A DNA stretch of 42,306 bases, from positions 1,116,001-1,158,306 of the forward strand of contig RSEE01000008.1 in assembly GCA_003971905.1 (NCBI GenBank), read 5' to 3'. The DNA is from Moniliella sp. 'wahieum' (lineage: Eukaryota). How positions within the stretch are numbered: position 1 is the stretch's first letter; each line of letters starts with the position of its first letter. Made by a program: the position numbers and the translations under genes. Below, piece by piece: positions 35,396 through 42,306 of this stretch. The notes below the pieces were generated by a model, which was not told where the DNA came from, did not search any database, and worked only from the letters and a program-made list of their open reading frames with translations.

Positions 35396-38300
35396 ATGTC
35401 CAGCAGCCCGCTCTCCACACCCCGCCCCAACCGCCGCCGCCGCCGCCGCGGGAGCATGTACCAGCCCAGCCCCCCCGCTGCGTCCGGCGAGCGCACGCTG
35501 AGAATGGAGGAGACCATGCTGATGGACCTGTCCCTCAGCTTGACCCGCCCTGCCCGCCGCGCTCCAGACCTCGCCCGCCGCCGCCGTCCCGCTCCAGCTC
35601 GCCTACAGCCCCGAGCGCTACCCCCCACCGCCCCAAGACCGGCTCGCCCCTCCGCCACGTGGCGCTGAGCCGCGACGACCTCGCCTCCTCCTCTGCCAGC
35701 GACACCTCCGCCGCCCTGGACCACAGCCACACCCCAACATGGGCTCCACCACCATCGATGCCTTGGGCGAAGAGGAGCTGGAACGCTTGGCCTGGGCCGA
35801 GGAGGCTCAGCCGCGTCGCCTCGCCCCCCGCTCTCTCCGCCCCGCCCTGCCCGCACCCCCCTCGTCTCCTTCCCCGCGCAAGTCCAAAGCGAATGGCCAC
35901 ACCCCAGCCAGTCGCGGCGCGCTGCAACACCACCTCGCCAGCCCCCAACTACCCACACAGCCGTCCCCCGCGCCACGGAAAAAGGCTCGGTCTACAGCCC
36001 ATGCCAACGCTTCCGCCTTACCTACCTTGTCCAAAGCCACCCGCGCCCCCGCCCATCGTTGGACCACAACCCCCCCGTGGCAGACAAGGAGAACGCGATC
36101 ATCAACGAGGACAGAGACGAGCAAGATGTACCCTCCACGCAAGCGTCGCTCTGCCACCGCAAAAAGCCATTTGCCCAAGAAGTCTAGCCGCGGCTCCATG
36201 CCGGCCCTGGATGGTATGTTTTCGCTTTCCCTACGAACCGATCCAGAAACTAACCTATCGCGCCGTTCCCATTCCCACGTTATAGCTTCCTCCCGTCGCT
36301 CTCCCTCCAAACTCCCTGTTCGTCAACGCGCTGTCGGGGCCATGGGCAAGACCATAATGCCTCATCACTCCTCCGAGCCGGAACCTGGACCCGAACCTCA
36401 GCCCTCCGACCCGACCGCTGCATCGGATCCAGCGCCTGCCCCGAATCCCACACCAGGCTCCCATCCGCCCCCTTTGAACGCTGGCACGGCGGACCTCTCC
36501 CTCTCGGCCCTAGGGCAGGTGGCGGAACTGAGCCTGTTCCATGCGACAATGCGAGGGAAATCCGCCGCCGTCGCTTAGGCCTCAGTTCCTTGATGCCAGC
36601 TCCTGCGGTGGAGGGGGCGCAGATGGCCGCCCAGACTGATCGGTCCGCTCAACATACCTTCCCTCTTCTCATCCTGCTGAACCAACCACGCTGGCTCGTG
36701 CGCCGCGCTCCCAGGCGGTCGATCCGGTTTCTGACTCGGTACAGGAACCTGTGCTTGGAGCCCAGCCCCTGCGTACCGTGTCCGGCCCACCTCCCTCTCC
36801 CAGTTCCGCCAATCTAGGCAAGAAGAGGCCCGATTGAGCACGGTGACAGAAACGTCAGAACGGTCGACTTCGTCCTTATCGACTCGATCGGATGGCGAGA
36901 AGGCGGAAATCAGCAAGCCGGACCAAGACGGTCTTGTCATCCCCCTGGTTGCCAGTGCCAGGCGCTCAGCGGCACGCGGCAGCACAACCTCCTCCTCCTC
37001 CTCCTCCTCCTCCTCCTCCTCCTCCTCCTCCTCCTCCTCCTTGTCAGTCCCATCTCAACCGATGCAGCCTGCGCAGGAGCCCGAGTCCAAGACAAGCACG
37101 TTGGACAAGGAGCGTACTTTGCCGGCATTGGAGACCCCACCTGGTCCTTCCTCGCCTCCGTGCCTCACTGCCGGGCTTCCAAGCAGCGAAAACCCACAAT
37201 CGAGCACGTCCCAACCCACGCCACCCATCGTCCTCTTGCTCAAGACACACCCCAATACCATTACCCGCCTGGCTCGCTCGACTTCAACCCGCTCTGCGAC
37301 GAAACCGGCGCAACTTCCGACAGCAGACAGGACAGCACCCTTGAGCCCCTGCCCCTTGCGTCCCGTTCTACCTCTGTCCGCTCGCGACCAAGTCGGTCCG
37401 TCGTCCCAGCCCAGTCACCCGCAGTAGCGCTGCGCCCGCAGTCCGTGCCCACCGCACCCTCCCTGCCAGCCACTCAGTTGCCGCCCCCGAGCCCACTCTG
37501 CCCAATCTCGTGTCCGAGCTGGGACCCGATTCAGCGGCGGCGGGACATGCCCGTCCCGTCTCCGCCACCGAATACCCTGTAGAACAATCAGAACGCTTGC
37601 TCCCCGTTCCGCCTCGCTCTCACCCCAGCCTCGCCAGCCCCCCTGATTCGTCTTCTCCGTTGAACGAAGAGGGCAACAGGTTGGATGCGGAAACTGGGGC
37701 TGCCGAGTCACAAGACGACCTTGCTACCGTTTTCTTGCCACCTCCTACGGCTCAAATCGGCCATGCTGACCAAACTGAACCCCACCCCACACCGTTGGCT
37801 GCCGTTCCCCCCGCCCAGCCCATTACTGCGGCAACGGCCAAGACCCTGACCCAGACTCCGGCCCCGACCACGGGTCAGGCCAAGTCTCAATCCGGGCCGA
37901 CCAAGGTACTTACTAAGCCTCTTCGCCGTTCCCTCCGCCCCTCTCGACGGCGCTCCCATGTCGAACCCCCCGTAGCCAAACGTGTCCCCGCTGTGACTGC
38001 GCCAGCCAAACCGTCCATGCTATCCCGGACCCGTCGGGCCGCGGCCGCTCCCGCACCGCCCGTCGGCTCGGCCGCCTCTGCCGCCGCCAAACCAGCTCGT
38101 TCCCGTCCGGAGGGGGATCTACGCAAAAGCGCGTACCGAGTGTGCCGAATCGAATGGGTTCGGCAGCTTGCTTGGCGGCGCGTTTGGCAGCAAAACCCAT
38201 CGCTCGTAAACCATCCGCAGCGTCCGTACCGGTTTCGGGTGCAGCCCAGCCCACCCCCCAGTCCCAACCGCCGCCCCCGGCCAAAGCGAATGGGGTGCCG

Positions 38301-38742
38301 GCGTGGTTGCGCAAACGCAAGGCCCAGTTGGCTGCCGAAGCCGAGGCGCGGGCGGCTCGGGAAGCCGAGCTGGTTCGTGCGGAGATTCTTGGGTCCCAGC
38401 GGTTGAATGCGCAGCAACGCGCACAAGCGATTGCTGGATCGTCGATCATGGGTGCTGTGCCGGACGAACAAGTGCGGGAGAAGCGTCGTAAGATCCTGCC
38501 GCGTCCCGCGCCTTCGGCCATGGAGGTGCGCGCGATGGAGCGGGCACGGTGGACCGAGTTACGCGATGCTCACCAAGCTGCTTTGGACCAGGCCCGGGCC
38601 CAGGCCGAGGCGGAAAGTGTGCGCTGGAAGAAGAGAATCGGCTTGCGCTCGCTCGTGCCTTGGCCGATGTGCATCGCGCCAATCCCATCCCCGGTTGGTA
38701 CAAGCATCGGCCCCACAAGAAGTTGGGGCAGAACAAAAGTAA
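35396..38742 (+). CDS. Large low-complexity protein with a C-terminal TPX2-like motif (putative microtubule-associated protein); frameshifted
   Basis: gccATG at 35396 (MSSSPLSTPRP), long Pro/Ser-rich body, then MEVRAMERARWTE...coiled coil...EEENRLALARALADVHRANPIPGWYK, resembling the TPX2 C-terminal pattern (RAxERA..EEE..hxKAxPhP). Stop position uncertain. Confidence 0.55.
36988..37040. repeat. (CCT)n trinucleotide repeat (poly-Ser in the likely coding frame)
   Basis: Directly visible. Confidence 0.95.
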
Positions 38743-39432
38743 CCTTTTTGGCCTCTGTCATGCCTCTTGGTCTTTGCCTTTGTCTTCGTGTTTCTTTTGT
38801 TGCTTTTGCGGTCTTTGGGTTTATTTTCTTCCCCCTGGGAGGTGCGGCTGCAGACCCTGACTGGTGACCCCTCCTTCCCTCGACCACGCTCTGCGCCGCC
38901 CAGGTGGCTTCTCCACCTGGATCAGTGCGTCGAATGTAAATTCCCTTCCTGCCTTGCCTCAAGGTCACGCTGCGGTTTGATTCGGGACCCTCGGTCCAAC
39001 AAGATATATACCTTCGCCTCCTTTTCCTATTCCTATTCCCATTCCCATTCCCATTCCCGTTCCTATCCCCTTATCCTTTCTCTTTTGCTTTCTCTCTCCC
39101 GCCCACATGTGGAACGTTGACGTTCAAACTACTTGTGGGGCTCAAGTGGGGTCCACGACCTCCATTTTCTGATTGAATACTCATATTGATTGGTCGTCAT
39201 GACCCTGGACTGTGTTTTTGGTTTCTCTTTCCCCCCCCCACCCGCCCCCCCTTTGACACCCCTGGGTGTTGAATGAAGAATCCTGATGGATACGCCGTAT
39301 GGTTCGGCGTCCTTAGTCTCCGTCCCCGTCCTCTCGCCCACCCCAGCCAGAACAAGGAGAGAAGATATCACGACGGGAGATGGGTTTTAGGCCGACCCAA
39401 ACGAACTGACGGTCCTGTGGGGGGGGGGGTAT

Positions 39433-39471
39433 AGGCCGACCTGGGCAGCCTGACAGATCCCAGGTCGGCCT
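39433..39471. repeat. Perfect 13-bp inverted repeat with a 13-nt loop
   Basis: AGGCCGACCTGGG (39433-39445) pairs with CCCAGGTCGGCCT (39459-39471); TAGGCCGACC also occurs at 39388-39397. Confidence 0.85.
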
Positions 39472-41089
39472 CTATCCCCTCCATGCTGCTCCGCTACACC
39501 ATCGAGGTGCGCCCCCCCAGAGCTGCTGCGTGGGCATGGTATTGGCTGGGCGTAGAGCAGGCACACCGTGGCGGCACGCCTTCTTCCCACTCTGCTCGGT
39601 CCCGCCGTCCTTCGTCTGCCCGCGACCCGAGTATGTGTCAGCCGGGAGAGGAGGGAGCCCGCGTCGCAACAGCCAGCAGGCAAGGTACAACTCAACAATC
39701 ATGGACCTCCTGCTAAGTTCTACACCGGCCTGTGCTTCAGCAACCACCTCTGGGTCCTCCCGAATCCCTTCGTCCAGGCATCCTGTACCGTCGATCTGCC
39801 TCCAGCTTTCAGTCTCCTCTGTACGGATCTTGCTCCTAAAACCCTTGTTAGGACATGTGGGAGCAAAGCTGCAATCGAAACAGAAGGGTCAACCCAAATC
39901 TGAAACAGAGCACCTTTGCCAATCATCACATCCACCGGGAGTAACCAAAAGAGAACATTGATCACAAAGACCTTGCCCAGCCCAAAGACTTAACGATTGT
40001 GGTCACACCCACTGTGCCCGGAGAAGCTTTCTTTCGTCCTTGAGACTCGGTCACGGAACACTAGGCAGCAAAGACTAAATAGGTTCACAGCTGAGCCACT
40101 GAGTAGCATTATGTCGGTTCGGTCCACTGGTTGATTGTATGTGCTCCGTTCATGTGTGCGCTGCGGGTTTCTTAGGGCGCAGCCACGGCTAACTAGCCCA
40201 CGGTCGTATGCCTTATACGGACTAGGACGAGTAGGGTAGGCATGTGAATTGAACTTTTGTTTGGATTGAGCGCGGCATCTGGCTCCTGTACTAAAGAGCA
40301 GTGGTCTATGCAGAGACTCACGTTTGTCGTGGTGTACTAGCGCTTCGACAAAAGAGGCGAGTGCAGTCCGGTTTGTGGTCAACCCCTGCAAAAAACAGAA
40401 AAAGCCAGTACCTTCTTGAGTGTAGGAATCGATGTCCTCGTCTGCGCCGGAAGCGGCTGACTGATTGCCAGCGATTGCCTGTGGGTCGTCGCCACTCACT
40501 CGGCCACAGGCCGGGGCGAACATATAATCCTCTCGGCCGCGCTGTTGTGTGGAGTTGTGCACCAAAGGAGAAATACCGCGGTCTTCATCGACCTTCCGAG
40601 GTAACACGAGTAGCATGTCCACCGAATCGGAACCAAGAATGATCTTGATGATCTCGATGCTCGCCGCCTGGTCTGGGTGTCGTCGACGTCATCCTCCGCG
40701 TCGTTTGTTTCCGTCGCTCCGAGGCAGCACCACACCGTGGATATTCGCTTCGATCGTGTGGGGAGCATAACCCTAACGGCCAGCTGCGTCTGGATAACCC
40801 TAAGGCTGACGGTCCAAACCAGCCGGTGGCAACTGCGTTTTGACCATTGCAACGGAGCCCCGTGCCCCAAAGCAGTGCCAGCACTGCCCCTCCACTTGGC
40901 CCGACGGCGGCAAGGCACTTTGCTAGTGACTCGGCCCTGCCTGCTCAACGTCATTATCACCACCGCTTACGCGCGAACGCCATTGCTGTTGACGCTGCCG
41001 GCCCTCATCGACCTCATCCTCATCCCCACTGCGCTCTCCGTCGTTCGTGGCGCCCTTCTGGCCACCGTCGTCGACCAGCTGCTGTCGCC

Positions 41090-42298
41090 ATGGATGCTCT
41101 GCTGGCGCTGGGCATCAGCCTTCCGCCGCGTGAGGCGCTGCGCCTTCGCTCTCTGGCTCCCGGTGGGTTTGACGATCCAACACCCAGCTGCCCGCCGGGC
41201 CTGTTCCGCCGCTGCGCCTGGCTCGCTCTTCTCGACGTCCCCGACGCCGTCGCCGTCTCCCCTCCCCCCACACCGTCCTCCGCCACCCCTCCGCTCTCCG
41301 ATGCGTCGTTCGCCGTGTCGGATGCGCCTCCCTCCCCTCCTGAAACGCCGCTCATCGTCCCTGCCTCTTTACCCTCGCCCAAACTTGGTCCCGCGCCCGC
41401 CGCGGCGACGACCGAACCAGCGCTCCTTCCCCACCCCGACGAGGCCCAGGTCAAGCTCGATGTCCGCCGCAGTCTGGTTGCCTATTGTGGCGCCCCGGCC
41501 AATGTCGAGCGCGCTGAACGACTGGCGTGTCGGGCGGCCCGGCGCGCTCAGCTGTACGATGTGATTGTGAGCACGTTGCGCGCCCATCCCTCGTTGGCGT
41601 ACTACCAGGGCTACCACGACGTGGTTGCTGTCCTGCTCCTTACCCTTGTGCCCGCTGTCGGAAGCAGCCCCCACCAGGGAACCATCCTGTACGAAGGATG
41701 CCCAGCCCTCTGGCCTAGCTGGGAAGCCGAGAGGGAGGTAAAGCAGGCTACGTCTCGCCTGTCGCTCCATCTACTTCGCGACCACCACACCCCTTCTCTC
41801 GAGCCTGTTTTGGGCCATCTATTTCTCCTCAATTCTCTGTTGCGGGGGGAGGCATTCCGTTGCGGCGCTGGCTAGTGCAGGGCCAGAGGGGGCGATGCTC
41901 TGCCGCTCTTTGCGCTCTCCTGGCCCCTGACATTCTTTTGCCATGGCCTCCCCACCCTACACATGGCCCAGCGAGTGCTGGATGCCGTGCTCTCTCATGG
42001 CCCGCTCTTTGCCCTCCAACTTGGCGCCGTATTTCTGACGCGTCGGGTGCAGGAGGTGCGGGAGGATGAAGACGTGATGGACACCAACCTACTGCATCAC
42101 GCCTTGCAACAGTTGCCCCAGCTCGTCCCCGACGAGTTGGATGATGGCTCTGCTGACACTCCGCGCGCGAGCGTGGGTGCTTGCGCGGTACCCAGCGACT
42201 CGGAGCCAGTGGCGCTCAGCATTCTTCTGCGTTTGGCTACCGATCTGCCCAGGCCGCCCGTGAACCGGGTAATGTACCCCGCCAGTGTCCTCCGGTAG
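41090..42298 (+). CDS. GYP8: TBC-domain Rab GTPase-activating protein, Gyp8/TBC1D20-like; frameshifted and probably 3'-truncated
   Basis: PGGF...RRCAWLALLDV, HPDEAQVKLDVRRSL (R-finger), YYQGYHDVVAVLLL (Q-finger), LHLLRDH, LFALSWPLTFFCH, RVLDAVL. gccATGg at 41090, though an upstream start is possible. The terminal TAG is part of the telomere-type repeat. Confidence 0.8.
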
Positions 42299-42306
42299 GG
42301 TTAGGG
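42296..42306 (+). repeat. Telomere-type repeat TAGGG-TTAGGG at the window end
   Basis: The last 11 nt are TAGGGTTAGGG, with the G-rich strand running toward the end as expected for a right telomere. Fewer than two full units are visible. Confidence 0.55.

Noticed and set aside
1..42306. tRNA, rRNA or prokaryote-type operon/defence systems
   Set aside because: None recognised; spliceosomal introns and gene content are eukaryotic. A tRNAscan-SE/Infernal run would be needed to exclude small RNAs.

Overview
Eukaryotic, GC-rich fungal DNA, most likely a basidiomycete (Ustilaginomycotina-like gene architecture, GT-AG introns with CTRAC branch sites). Most genes are broken by single-base indels that leave conserved residues intact, which looks like uncorrected long-read consensus error, so genes were rebuilt across ORF fragments and their ends are approximate. 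In order: an Sfp1-like split C2H2 zinc-finger transcription factor (-); a ~7 kb lower-GC, gene-poor island that may hold a transposon remnant; a very large low-complexity protein ending in an MDR/quinone-reductase-like domain (-); an Env7/STK16-like NAK kinase (+); a double-RING protein (+); a small orphan CxxC-CxxC ORF (+); a 4-exon SUMO E2 UBC9 with unusual substrate-site substitutions (+); a TPX2-C-terminal-like protein (+); and a Gyp8/TBC1D20-like Rab-GAP (+) that runs directly into TAGGGTTAGGG at the window end. The most unusual observations are (i) recurrent intergenic TNA-centred mini-palindromes and 7-bp palindrome arrays of many different sequences, (ii) the remodelled Ubc9 active site, (iii) a telomere-type repeat apparently truncating a housekeeping gene, and (iv) tandem FFAT-like motifs in the giant MDR-domain protein. 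All calls come from reading motifs by eye; no database searches were run.
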